The notes under the pieces: model-generated | Seen by the model: only the letters and a program-made list of their open reading frames with translations | Databases searched by the model: none | What the model was told of the DNA's origin: nothing | Source: Vicugna vicugna | Lineage: Eukaryota | NCBI GenBank assembly: GCA_013265495.1 | Contig: MU058009.1 | Coordinates: 4,282,739 to 4,344,738, forward strand | Direction of reading: 5' to 3' | Length of the DNA stretch: 62,000 bases | Made by a program: the position numbers and the translations under genes | In this document: positions 25,301 through 37,460 of the stretch, one piece after another | Position numbering within the stretch: position 1 is the first letter of the stretch | Layout: every line of letters begins with the position of its first letter

Positions 25301-26102
25301 CTCTGGTTCTTTCTCACTAGCTTGTAAGTTATCTGCAGAAGCGAATCGTACACAGAAGGAACACAGACGTGGAATTAACAGGCCTGAGTCTGGATCTCAG
25401 GACCCCTGATTAACCCTTTTCAGCCTGTTCTTTTGTTTATAAACGAGGGATAAGATATATATCTCTAAAAATAGGACTGTATGCCTATCCTATGTCTCCT
25501 CCAGGCATGAAGGAGCATTCATTAACAGAAGCGGGGCTCTCTAGTCATGGCGCTGATACGATCAGGAGAGACTTATCCATACGTGTATCAGCTTGGGGGT
25601 GGGCAGAGCAATGCCAGAATTTTGAATGGAAATCAGAGAGAGAGAAACCCTGGCACTGGGGCGGGAAGGCAGAGACCGAGGTGGGTGGCCCAGGGTTCCG
25701 TGCTGGTGCTCAGATGTGCCCGTGGGTTCTTCAGGCCTCTCCCCTGAGATGGAATCCAGGTCCTTCCCTGGACTGTAGGTTGACTTCCCTGACTCCCTCC
25801 TAATGAATGGGAGGAGGTGGGAGCCAGGCTGCTGAGATCCAAGGCCGGGTTGCAAAGCCTTGTGCTCTCCTGTGGGGCACTGGCTGGGGAGCCTTTGCCA
25901 CCACAAGAGAAACACAGCCTCCGGGTAGGCTGCCGTGTGCAGAGACCACGTGGACAGATGCTACAGACGCCAGGTCCCCCAGCTCAGCTGGGGCCAGTGA
26001 GCAAACCGTGGAGAGGACCTCAGCCCCGACCACCGCTGAATGTAGCACTTCATGCAGCATCCCCGCCAGGTCTCCTGGCTGAGCCCAGTCCGCGCCAGCT
26101 GC

Positions 26103-26605
26103 ACGGGCAAAACCTCTCAGGCGGACTCTGAGATACACCTGTGCAGTTTCAGATCCCAGCAACAGAACGAATATCACAACAAAGGGAGTCATGCAAAGGG
26201 TTCCGTGTCCCGGTGGAGATACGGGTTATGTTCACGATCTGCTGTAGCTGTGGCGTGTGCCACAGCATCGTGCCTGAGAAACAACGTGTGTTCACCTTAG
26301 AAAAAATACTTCATTGCTAAAAAGTGCTAACCCTCCTCCGAGCTTTCGGTGAGTCAACAAAACCCATTAGTGACAACAGAAACCATTGATCCCAGATCCC
26401 ATAACAAGTAGAACAATCTTGAAAAGGTTTGAAATCTTGTGAGAATTACCAAAATGTGACACCGAGACATGACGTGAGCAAAAGCTGTTGGAAAAATGGT
26501 GCTAACGGACTTACTAACGCAGGGCTGCCACAAACCCTCAATCTGTTAAAAAAAAAAAATCTGAGAAGTGTAGCAGCCAAAGGGCCATAAAACAAGTGAG
26601 GCCTG
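26103..26605 (-). mobile_element. Internally deleted Tigger1 (Tigger1a_Art-like) DNA transposon
   Basis: Both Tigger1 ends fused: aaaatacttcattgctaaaaagtgctaac...gagaattaccaaaatgtgacaccgagacatgacgtgagcaaaagctgttggaaaaatggtgc; ends gaggcctg|ta. Confidence 0.85.
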
Positions 26606-28199
26606 TACGGCTGTGGTCGTCACTGGCCTCTGCTTTGGGCGGGCTGTTCCCCGGCAGTGAACCGCTGGAGCACGGGCCCGCCGTGCGATGCCATCACAGA
26701 ATCGCTCACTCGGACGTCCTGCCGTCTTTCCGCTTCTCACCTTGGTTTCCCCTTCCTGCTGGGCTGTTTCCTCTGGACAAAGGCAGCGTGGACTGAATGA
26801 TCGCGGGAGGGCCTCTCCGGTGCCTGCAGTTTGCGACCTGGTCTCAGAGGTCTCCTTTCGGATTTCAGGGATCTGTGGTGAGCCCAGCGTTTCTATCCCA
26901 AGTCAGGGAGCTGTGAAGCCTCTGTGTTTGTCAGAGAAGAGCCTCCCCGCTCTGTCGGCCTTTGGGCCACGGCACCCATAAAAATGGGGGGGGGGGGACC
27001 TGGAGAAGCCTGAGATGAGATGCGTTTCCCAGCTCGTTTGCTAATGTTCTCACTCAGGCTCGCATCTTAGCTGAGGGACCCTCGGTGGGGACACTGCCTT
27101 TCCTTCTTCCCAGAATCCACGGGCAGGGGCCTGAAGCCACCGTGCCTGTCACTCCCTATAAATCAGGAGCCGGGCCAGTCGACGCTTGGGAATCTCTGTG
27201 TCTGCACAGCCAGAGGAAATCCGATCACAGAGAGAGGTCCGGAGCACTTGAGCAGAGGATCAGAACTTCCTCGTCCGCTCCCAGCCAGTCCCAGGCCTGG
27301 GCTCCGAGTAAATTAACTGAACCATTTCAACAGGCTTGAATTCTGTCAGCAGCTCAACCATCCCCTTGTTTACTGTTGAAATAATTACTACTTTGCCATA
27401 ATATTAGCTCTGAGCCGTGACTCCATTACCATTATCACCGGAATATTACCCATTTATTATCTCCCAGCAACCCTGGAAGATGAATACTGGGCTTCAGAGA
27501 CCAATTGTTTTACAGCAGACGGGGTCTGGGTGTGCAGTGTTTAATGAGGTAAACTACATCATAGCCAGCATTCATTTGGCTGCAGTGCCCTCCACTAAAT
27601 CACTCTTAACCTGTAAATCTGCCTCTGGTTTTGATGTGCACTTAATCAGCGAGGAGGGGCATTGCCATTTGAGAAGGGGATGGAGCCCGCCTGCCGGGGG
27701 GAGGAGAGGAAAGGGCGAGAGCAAGTGAGCCGGGCCATGATCCTGGGGAGCCTGGGAGGCGTGGGCGGGCCACCGCAGCAGGAGCGGGAAGCGGGCAGAG
27801 TTCACGCACCCTCTGGTCCTCTGGGCCAAGCTACCAGGACCATGCAAAGGCGACGGGATGGCTTAGGCAGAACCAAAATGCCTCCCGCTCCTAGCTCAGG
27901 AGTTGTGGATCCACAGAAACCATTTTCGGATCCCCCTTAAGGTTTCCCTGCTCGTGTTTGGCATCCTCAGTGCGACCACATCCACCCACACCAGACAGAT
28001 CAGAAGCAGAAGACAGAGCTAGAAACTGAGATTGTCCTTTGGCCTGAGGTTGCGGGGAGGCTCCGGGAAACACGCAGGAGCCCACGTGTGGGCGCACAGA
28101 GCTCACTGCCTTGGAGGAAACGCAGTTGGAGACACAGCAGGGGACTGACTGAGCAGCAGATGAAAGGAGACTCTGCATCAGGCCTCCCTTGTCACCGCA

Positions 28200-28370
28200 T
28201 CCCTGCCTCTGAAACTTGAAGGTGCATAGAAATCACCTGGGGATCTTGTTGTAATGAATACTCAGATTCAGGTTCTACAGGTCTGGGGTGGGGCTGGAAA
28301 TTCAGCATTTATAACCAGCTCCCAGGGAGACAGAGGCTGCGGGTCCACGGACCAACCATAGAGGAACTGA
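28200..28370. mobile_element. MER5-family hAT MITE
   Basis: ggtgcatagaaatcacctggggatcttgtt...ggtctggggtggggctggaaattcagcatttataaccagctcccagg...ggtccacggacca. Confidence 0.75.
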
Positions 28371-29390
28371 GGGCCCAGGGAGAAGGGAGGCGCCTCCTGG
28401 ACCAGAGAGGGCTGCGTCTCTCAGGAACAGCGCCAGCGTTGGCCTGGCCCTGGGCAGAGTCAGCCCCGTTTCAGACGCGGGCAGGTGTGGCTGTGTGGCT
28501 TTTGCTCCATCAAATGCTGGTGACTTCCACGCAGATCCTGGGGTGAGCGAGGCATGAAAACACGTCAGAAATAATATTCCCAGACCAGCAGAGAGCAGGA
28601 AGCCTGCCAGAAATCGGCGCCTTCCGTTTTTAAGGTCGAGAACACTGCATTCCTGAAAGCATCCTGAGATATTACCTCTAGATCATGAATTGCGGAAGAA
28701 CCAAAAGGGCTTGAACACAACCTTGGGCTGGAAGCCTCGGTGTGACCCTGTTCTCCAGAGGGAAACGCAGCTCCTGCCTTCCTGCTTGTGAGTTTCCCGG
28801 AACAGCCTCCCTTCTCAATCTTGACAACCCTCCCTCCACACAACCTGAATCAACTCAAAACCTACACAATTATGCCATATATCAAGCCAAGCATTAGGGC
28901 TGGAATCGGCAAAATTGTTCCCTAGAAAATTACTGGTTTTTTTCTTCAAAGAGGGGAGCCTATGTGCTTCTCAAAAACCTGTCTCAGGTAACCCCCCGTC
29001 TGCCTTAGGAAGTGCCAGTGAGTTTTACTGAGAGAGGGAGGGGGAGGGAGATCTTCGTGGTTTAGCAGGTAATTGCAGGAGTACGAGGAACCGACACTAG
29101 TACGAACCGGGCATATATTTCACTGCGTCTTTTCCCTACCAAAGCTTTTTGTTGTATTTGTCTGAAAACTCATTATTATTATTTTTATCTCAGGGTATAC
29201 ATCTGAAGCATAATGTCAGTGTGTGCATGTGTATTATAAGACTAGAATGACAATAATAATTTTCCTTTTAAATGTAATTATAATTAAAGGAAAAGAACAG
29301 TACTAATTTATGTTTTTTATTGTCTCCCAAACTATTTCGCTAGTGGTTGGATAACACGTACATGGTTTGGGAGCATAATGCCTTCCCTGG

Positions 29391-29648
29391 TTCATCTATC
29401 CATCTATCCACCCACCCATCCACCCACCCACCCATCTACCCACTCATCTACCCATCCACCCATCCTTCCATCTATCCACCCATCCATCCACCCACCCACC
29501 CATCTACCCATCCACCCATCCACCCATCCTTCCATCTATCCACCCATCCATCCACCCACCCACCCATCTACCCATCCACCCATCCATCCATCCGTCCATG
29601 CATCCATCCATCCATTCATCTATCCACCCATGAGCCATCCATCTATCA
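29391..29648. repeat. (CCAT/CCAC/CTAT)n compound microsatellite
   Basis: About 255 bp of tetramer repeats; explains the Pro/His/Ser/Thr-rich ORFs here. Confidence 0.97.
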
Positions 29649-29790
29649 ACATTTATTTAGCATCTACTATTTGCCAGTAAAGCTGGAAAAAATATATGGG
29701 GAAAATAAAGACAAATGAGGCATGATTACTATCCTCAGGGATTTCACAATTTAGCTGGAGAGACAGATACATAAATAAATGATTGTGATA
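29648..29790 (-). mobile_element. L2 3' end
   Basis: caacatttatttagcatctactatttgccag...atcctcagggatttcacaatttagctggagagacagatacataaataa. Confidence 0.65.
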
Positions 29791-31498
29791 CCATTTATTT
29801 CCAGTTATTTTCTCCTTCCCCAATCCTGCAGTTTGCTTTATTGAACCAAAGACAAAAATTATGTAGAATCAAACTAAATGTGTAAACTTGGACACGATAC
29901 TTAAACACGATAGACATAGTGACTATCACTGTGTTCCGGGGCGAGGGTGTCCAACTTAATGGTAATACTACCTCTTTGTCGCACCTTTCCCAGTTTCAAA
30001 TCTGAGCTATTATGTCTTGATTCTTCCCTCTCAAGAGCATTTTTCTAGAGTCTAATGAAGTTGCAAACACGGCTGGGCGCTCCACTTACCTCTACAGAGC
30101 AGCTGTCTGCCGTCCACCACGTGTTTGAGAGAAAAGCACTGTCCCCGACAATGCTTGGCCGCTGGCCGTGGTCATCAGTGGGGGACTCTGCAGGAGTAGG
30201 GCTGCCCCAAAGGACGGGAGAGACAGAGGGATGACCTTTGATAGAGAAAAAAATCCAAACTCTGAGAGATTATCATCATAAAAGGCACATCGGCGTATCA
30301 GTTGGTGAACGGAGGCAGTTAATCAGGAATCCACGGGAAGTGAGGTAACCCTAAATATTCCTCTGAGATGTATTAAGGCGTTGGCCTTACAGAAAATCTA
30401 ATTATGAATCGAGTGTGTGTGTATATATATATATATGACACATAAGTAAATGCATATTCTAGTAATAATAGCATGTGGATTACACATAATGATGTGTCTA
30501 TATTAATGCACACATTCTGGATACACGTGTATGTATATAAAATTATGTTTCCTCTGGGCACATGAACACGTACCGTATCTGGCTGGTCATTAGCCATGAG
30601 CTTGGTGGTCCGGTGCAGGTTTAACCGTATGTACTGAATGGCTACCACGTGTTAGACACAGGACTTTGTAACCAGGTTTCCTGTTAGTTAGTGGTCCTCC
30701 CCTCCAGGCAGCACAATTCAGCAACATCTAGTTACAGGAGCCAAACTAGCTGAGAGGCTGTTCTGACCTGGAGCAGGTGCGTGCAGCCAGTGTCTCGTAT
30801 GGAGACTCGTATGTACAGTGCCCTTCTTGGAACTGCATCTGTCCAGGAACCTTCACCGCTTGCCGTGACCTGTCACGTTTTCTTCTACAAAAATAAAGCT
30901 GCTGATGAGCTGCCCCTGTTCTTCGTACTCAGAATGTCCGTGGCACAGCTTAAAACTCTGGAGGCCTGACTGGCAAGCTACCACGGGACGCAGGATTCTG
31001 TCTGCACGTGTTCGTGTGGAGTCTTGTATCCGTCAGCGGCCCCCCACCTGGCTCCCTGATTTCAAGTGCATCCATTAAGACCAGTTGCTCTGCCAAGAAG
31101 CAGCGACTGGGAGGAGAATGTAAACTGCCCTTTGTTGTGATGGTCTCCGTGCGTGTGCTGTGTTCTCTCTCCCACTTAGAGGCAAATTGCTGTGGGTGAA
31201 ACATGCATTTTGCTCTCAGATGCTGTCCCAGCCTTTGTTCAAGTGCACTTTGCAGAGGCACAATAGAATTTGGTAGTTTGATACCATCACCTCTGTTTCT
31301 TTCAGTGTATTTGTTTGTCTCTCAGCTACTCAGCAGAACCCGGAAGCCCTTAGGTTTCTCTGTCCTTCACCGCACCTCTGCCAGCCCTGCTCACCATCCT
31401 GGGGACCCTCCCCAAGTCACGCCTTCTCTATTTGTGTTATCTGCTTTATTTATCCATGCATAAGGAGGGCGCTACCTTAGCAATTAAAGTACATCCTT

Positions 31499-32181
31499 AT
31501 TTTATTGTATTTTATTTTACTATATATATATATTTATTAAAGTACAGTCAGCTTACAAAGTTGTGTCAATTTCTGGTGGACAGCATCATGGTTCAGTCAT
31601 ACATGAACATACATACATTCCTTTCCATACTCTTTTTCATTATAGGTTAGCACAAGATACTGAATACAGTTCCCTGTGCTGTACAGTAAAAACTTGTTTA
31701 TCTCTTTTATATATATTAGTTAGTATCTGCAAATCTTGAGTTCCCAGTTTATCCCATCCCACCCCCTTCCCCCTCCTGTAACCATAAGTTTGTTTTCTGT
31801 GTCTACGAGTCTGTTTCTGTTTTGTAAATAAGTTCGTCTTTTTTTTTTTTTTGATTCCACACATAAGTGACGTCATGTGGTATTTTTCTTTCCCTTTCTG
31901 GTCCATGTGAAGCTGTTATGGAAAACAGTATGGAGATTCCCCAAAAGACTAAAAATAGACTCACCATATGATCCAACTATCCCACTCCTGGGCATATATC
32001 CAGAGGTAACTCTAATTCGAAAAGACACCTGCACCCCAATATTCATAGCAGCACTGTTTACAATAGCCAAGACATGGAAACAGCCTAAATGTCCACGGAC
32101 AGATGACTGAATAAATAAGGTGTGGTACAGTTATACAATGGAGCACTACTCAGCCATAAAAATTGAAATAATGCCACTTGC
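31499..32181 (-). mobile_element. Young 5'-truncated, 5'-inverted L1 with 11-bp TSD agtacatcctt
   Basis: Antisense 3'UTR with T-rich tail at 31499-~31900. Plus-strand ORF2 C-terminus at ~31905-32181 ([29 protein letters not shown]...[22 protein letters not shown]). TSD at 31488-31498 and 32182-32192. Confidence 0.92.
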
Positions 32182-34679
32182 AGTACATCCTTTATGTATT
32201 CATTTTAAAGTACATAAAGAAGATGGTGAAATTTCCTTTTGGCTTCCCTGGAAATAGGGGATCACCCTGAGTAAATTCTTTAAGCTTCTAAATGTGTAAA
32301 GACAAATAGTAAATTTTACAAAGTTCTGCTTAGCTTAAAAAAAAAAAACAGGGGTAGGGAGTGGTGGGGGAAAGAACAGCAAAGAAAGAAGAGGACGTCG
32401 TTGGCCATCCCTCTTGCCTTTCTTCCCCACTAGTTATTAAAAGAGCAAAGAAACCCCCCTGGGTCCCCTCCACTGTCTCCCCTCAGACGCTGGGCGGCTC
32501 TGCCCATGCTGGGCTGGAGGCCGATTTCACACGGGCCAGGCGCCCATCCTGCTTGAAAGAAAAGCAAGTGCAGCCTCAGAATATCTGAGATTCCCGGGAT
32601 CACTCCACAAATTAGAACCTTTTATCAGCCCCTAATAGCTGTGCAAACTAATTATATTTTGGCCAAACCTTGCCAGTGACTCCCTGGAGGTACTATTATA
32701 AAATTGTGAGCTTGGAAGTGCGTCCCCATTCTGTCAGCATCAGGGTGATTCAGCTGCAGGCATGGTGTTCCAGATCAGTTCTGCTTCCACGACGTGCTTT
32801 GCGTAAACCGGGGCATTTGCAGGCTGGGGTGGCTGGGAGGGGAGCAGAGGGGCCATGGCTCTGTCTGAAAACACGGGGGCGTGCTTCCAGCCATCAGATG
32901 CAGGGGCTGGGTTTCAGAAGAATCCGTTTTTCTCCCTCCCAGATTTTAAGGGGAGGCTGCAGGGGTCTTAGCCCAAGACATAAAGCTGCCCCGCTCTGCA
33001 CCTGGGCTGAAACAGCCTCTGACTTAGGGAGTTTTGTCACCCCCTTCTCAATGTCTCTGTTTCTGCACATGCAGAACAGCAGTTCCCAGCATGCCACTGT
33101 TCAAATCCTTCGCCAGGTCTTAGAGCAGAATCTGAAGGAGGGGGACTTTCTCCGAGAGCTCGATGAGAGGGCTGTGGACCCCAGTTTGTCTCTGAGGATT
33201 TCGATTTACAAATAATAAAGGCTCCCACCCTATGTGGTTGAAATGAATTTTTCAGCCACAAGTGTTTATCAAACATACTGGGACAACGCGACACGATTAG
33301 AGGTATCTGCCTGTGAATGCCAGTGGGTCCCCTCCCCCTCCCTGGGCTTCCTGATAATTGTCTGCAGGGCTGGCCTTGGAGAACAGTCACTGCAGCAAAG
33401 GTCCCCTTCCCCAGGGTCCCACGGAAGAGTCCGCGTCCAAGGTGACTGGAGAAGCCAACTTCTCCGAGTGGGAGCTGGCGTTCAGTTCCTTCGCGGGCTC
33501 TGCTTGGTCCTGCTGAAAGCAGGAAAATGAGTGGGATGACCTTCCAATGCACTTGGGCCACTTAGGACAGTGTGTTTTGACCACCGCCAGCACTGACCAT
33601 CTGCCCAAGTTTCTGACCAACCATGGGCCACTGGTGCAGCTGGAGAGCTTGGAGGGGCAGCAGAAGTGGGAGGCTCTTGCCAAGTGGTCCGGGGGTGGTT
33701 CTGAGGCTGGCTAACAGAAGGCAGCCCCTCCAGCCCTGCAGTGTGGCCCTGAGCCCCGCTAGGCCCAGAGCAGAGGCAGGAGATGTGGAACCAGGAGGAT
33801 GCCAGGGTCCAGGCCCTCTCTCATCAAAGGGTCCCGGGTTCATTTCTGTCTGTGCCATCTGCCATCATATCTCGAGGGCTCCTGCGATGGGTTCATCCAA
33901 TTCTTGAATTCTTTCCAGTTGCCTCTAATTGCATTGCAGATCAGTAAATCATCCCAGGCTGGGGCTGACAGGGAGAGACATGGGCGCCCTGCCACACCTG
34001 CAGCAGGTGCCTCTGAGGCAGCGGTCCAAGCAGCGCTCGGCACAGGCAGGAGGGATGCTGGCTCACTCAGTCCCCCGCGTGCCCCGGAGACCTCCCTGTC
34101 CCTGGGTCCTCCTTGAGTGCTTGCTAGCCAGGTACCTGCCTCAGGCAATGCAGGCAGCCTGGAAGGACTTAGCCGCTGTGTCTCTGACCGGAGGTGGTGA
34201 TTGCCATCTGGGTACTGAAGACAGCTGGTGGGAAAGGAGCTGCTATGCTTCATCTGGAGTGTTACGAAGTTGGGACAGCACTTCTCGCCTGCTAAATAAT
34301 GCAGTGGATTGATTCGTTGGGTCTGGGATGGGTCTAGAAACCTGCATGTTAAATGTGCGCCGCGGGAGCTTCGTGGGTGGTGACCAGCCCCCTCCCGCGC
34401 CTCCTGAAGGACCCCTGAATGTTGGATGGCACGGTCCCTCGCTCTGGCCCTGGGCGCTGGAGGACCTGCTGTCTCCAGGTGGATGCAGGGCTCATGTTCT
34501 CTTCCCAACCTGGCCCCTCGAATGAGGACACAGATCCCTTCCGATTAAAACCGCAGTCAGCCACTCTGCGCACTGGAGCCCGGGGCACAGCCCAGGTGAC
34601 GCCCCGGGAGCTCTGCCGCGCGACACGGAGGGACCGCTCCGCTCCCGCCCCGCCCCCGCCCCGCGTCTCCCGCCCCGCC

Positions 34680-34722
34680 NNNNNNNNNNNNNNNNNNNNN
34701 NNNNNNNNNNNNNNNNNNNNNN
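34680..34722. other. Assembly gap (43 N) within a GC-rich short tandem repeat
   Basis: N run flanked on both sides by cgtctcccgcccc(c)gcc units. Confidence 0.98.
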
Positions 34723-36914
34723 CGTCTCCCGCCCCCGCCCCGGCGTTCAGGGCGCAGACTGCTGGCTAATGGGGCGGAGCTAGCTGAAGGGCCTTCTATT
34801 AATGGAGCAGAATATAAACAGAATAAAGCCTTCATTTCCCAGCCTGTGGTTTCATTATTAATATACTTTACAGTTCACAGGTTGTACGTCCGCGCCCGTG
34901 TTTTCTCAGCTGGTGCAATCTGCGGCTCCGAGTGAGAACAGTCATAAAATTTTCATTTCCAGTTGAATGTGCGTCCAATTCGCCGTGAAATGTTCTATCT
35001 GTCGTGAATATTAAGTGCACTGAAGCGGTGGCTCTGGATTAGGCAGGGGGTCCCCGGGCTCCTCCCAGGCCTGGCAGAGGACGGAGGCCCACCGTGCTGG
35101 GCCGGGTGTGACGGCTCCTGGGAGACACGTGGTGTGAAGCCAGGGGCTGGGGGCCGCGGGTGCAGCTCAGGGCCAGGGCAAAGCGATCGGACAGGAGGGC
35201 AGAGGGGACCGAAGGCTCCAGTGCAGCGAGGAGGAGAGGCCAGGTGTCACCGGGCGGGGGAGGCTGGCGGGCGGGGGTGATGTTGGAGAGAGCCGCGGGT
35301 GCTTTAAGCTCAGGGACTTCTAGACACGCCCTTAAGGCTGTGAGGGAGCTCGCCGGGAGGTGCGGGACAGGAAGTCAGCCCTTGGGAAGGCGCTTCTGTC
35401 CCTCGGCCTGCAGACCCGGGCAGGCAAGAGTGGCAGGGCACTTGGTCCTAGGAGCCCATGTCGCCCGCCGTCCACTGCCCGGGGCGGGGGAGGCATTTGC
35501 CCCCCAGCACTAAGCTGGCACCTTCCTTCTCACACCCGACCCATGCTCAGCCACTCCGGTGACCTCTGTCTCCCCAGTTCCTTCTCCCCGTCCCTGATCC
35601 CCGCAGAATGGAGCCTGTAGGGTGGGCCCGTGCTCTCCCCTCAGGGGGCAGCGGCAGATGGGCAGGAGGTGGGGCCCTGCTACCTCCTGGGCTCCATCCT
35701 GCCAGCTGCTGCCTCTGGTCCTTTCCTGACCCCAGGCCCCAGGGCCGGATGTCTGTCCTGCGAGGGTCTGATGTGGTCACTGCCCCAGGCTGGAGGGCAG
35801 AAACAGGCAAACGGGGGACTGAGCTGGAGCCAGAGGAGTCTGTTGCCTCAGGCCCACAGCTTCATTAGCCATCTGAGAGGAGCTGGCCATGCTGCGGTGG
35901 AATCCCTGAGAGGCTGGCCCACTCTCCCCGAGCTGAAGTGCTGCCTCAGGCCGGGGTGTGGGGCTCAGCCTGCACCTCCCAGCCAGGCAGGCAGGGACGA
36001 GTCCCGCCCAGCCAGCAGAGAGGCAGAGAGAGAGAGGGCGGGAGAGTGTGTGTGTTGTACATGTGTGTATGAGTGTGCATGTGAGGGCGTGTGTGTGTGT
36101 CCGTATGTGCCCGATCACGGATGTGGAGTCCAGCGGCCGTAGCATCCTTGGCTGTTCACAGCTGAGTCCCACAGCCACCCAGCATCAGGCACTTCCTCAC
36201 TGGAGGTTCAGGACCACCGCACAGCGACAAGCTTGTGCGATTTCTTCAAGGTCCAGAGCAGCACTCAAGGTGGGGCCGTAAGAATACACCCAAATTCTGA
36301 TCAAGAGGATCCCCTCCCCCCCACTGTGTGTTGGGCTCCCTCTCTTCAGTTTCCAGTTGTTTCTTTCTGGATAATATTCAGATAATTTTGCATTTCTCAA
36401 ACACATGCCTACTGGGAGACATAAGTTGGGAGGGAAAAAGTGAGCCAGCCAAAGATGGCGACATGACCAAAGGTGGGTAACACGCCTGACAGCACCCCAG
36501 CCCACCTTCACCCTCTGCCCTGGCTCTGCAGCTGCCCTGCGGGGGCCAAGGCCAGCCTGCTGCGTTTCTGCCCCTGCAGATGCCCCTCCCTCTGCCCAAA
36601 ACACCACTCCATCCTCCCTGCCTCCCTCGAACCCCGCGCTCCCCCAGCAGTCCCCCCAGGGCCAGTTTAGGTGCACCTACCTTGGGAACCCCCCCAGCAC
36701 CTGTCGTCACCCGCCCCCAGAGCACTGCCCCTCTCCTGGGCCCCTCTGGATGTGAGCTGGACATGCACCCCTCACATCCAGGGTTCCTCACACAGCAGTC
36801 TGTTATCTATTTGCCTGTCTTGCTCCCTGGACAGACAGTGAGTTTTTCAGAGCAGCGCCTGTAGAATGTCCATCTTGTAACCGATACCCACTCCGGAGCC
36901 TGGGTGCGTGGGAA

Positions 36915-37460
36915 TTAGACAAATCTGGGTCTCAACCCCAGTGCCTCCACTTACGTGCTGTGAAACTGGCTGAACTAAACAGCCTCCCTGTGCCTCAATC
37001 AGTTACCTCCTCTGTAACACGGGGAGACTGTAAGAGTGCTGCTGTGAGCATCGGGGTGCATGGGATACTGTATAAAGTGCTGCTGTGAACATCGGGATGC
37101 GTGTGTCTTTTCGAATTAGAGTTCACACAAATGGACCGTTATGCTGTGCGCCAGAAACTGACACCCTGTAACGGGCTGTACTTCAACTAAAAAAATTCTA
37201 ATGATGTTTTCAGGGGTATATAAATATCAAAACTTATTTTGTACACTTTAAATTTGTCTAGTTTAGTATATCTCACTTATACCTAAATAGAGCTATTTAT
37301 AAATAATAATAAATAATAAAGCTATACTAAATACATTAAAAAATAAAAAAATAAAATAAAATGGGAATACTTAGCTTCCTTCAAGGGCAGGTTGTGAGGT
37401 AATCATATACGTAACAGGGAACTTAGGACAACAGTGAACGTAAAATAAATGCTCAGGAAG
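36915..37460 (+). mobile_element. Nested cluster: MIR interrupted by an old L1 3' end (~37200-37340) and a tiny young inverted L1 (37027-37195)
   Basis: MIR halves ...ccctgtgcctcaatcagttacctcctctgtaacacgggg and aaaatgggaatacttagcttccttcaagggcaggttgtgagg flank L1-type tails. Confidence 0.65.

Noticed and set aside
29347..29718. Pro/His/Ser/Thr-rich repetitive ORFs
   Set aside because: Translation of the (CCAY)n microsatellite.
36207..36228. REST/NRSE-like ttcaggaccaccgcacagcgac
   Set aside because: Mismatches in both half-sites and a non-canonical spacer.
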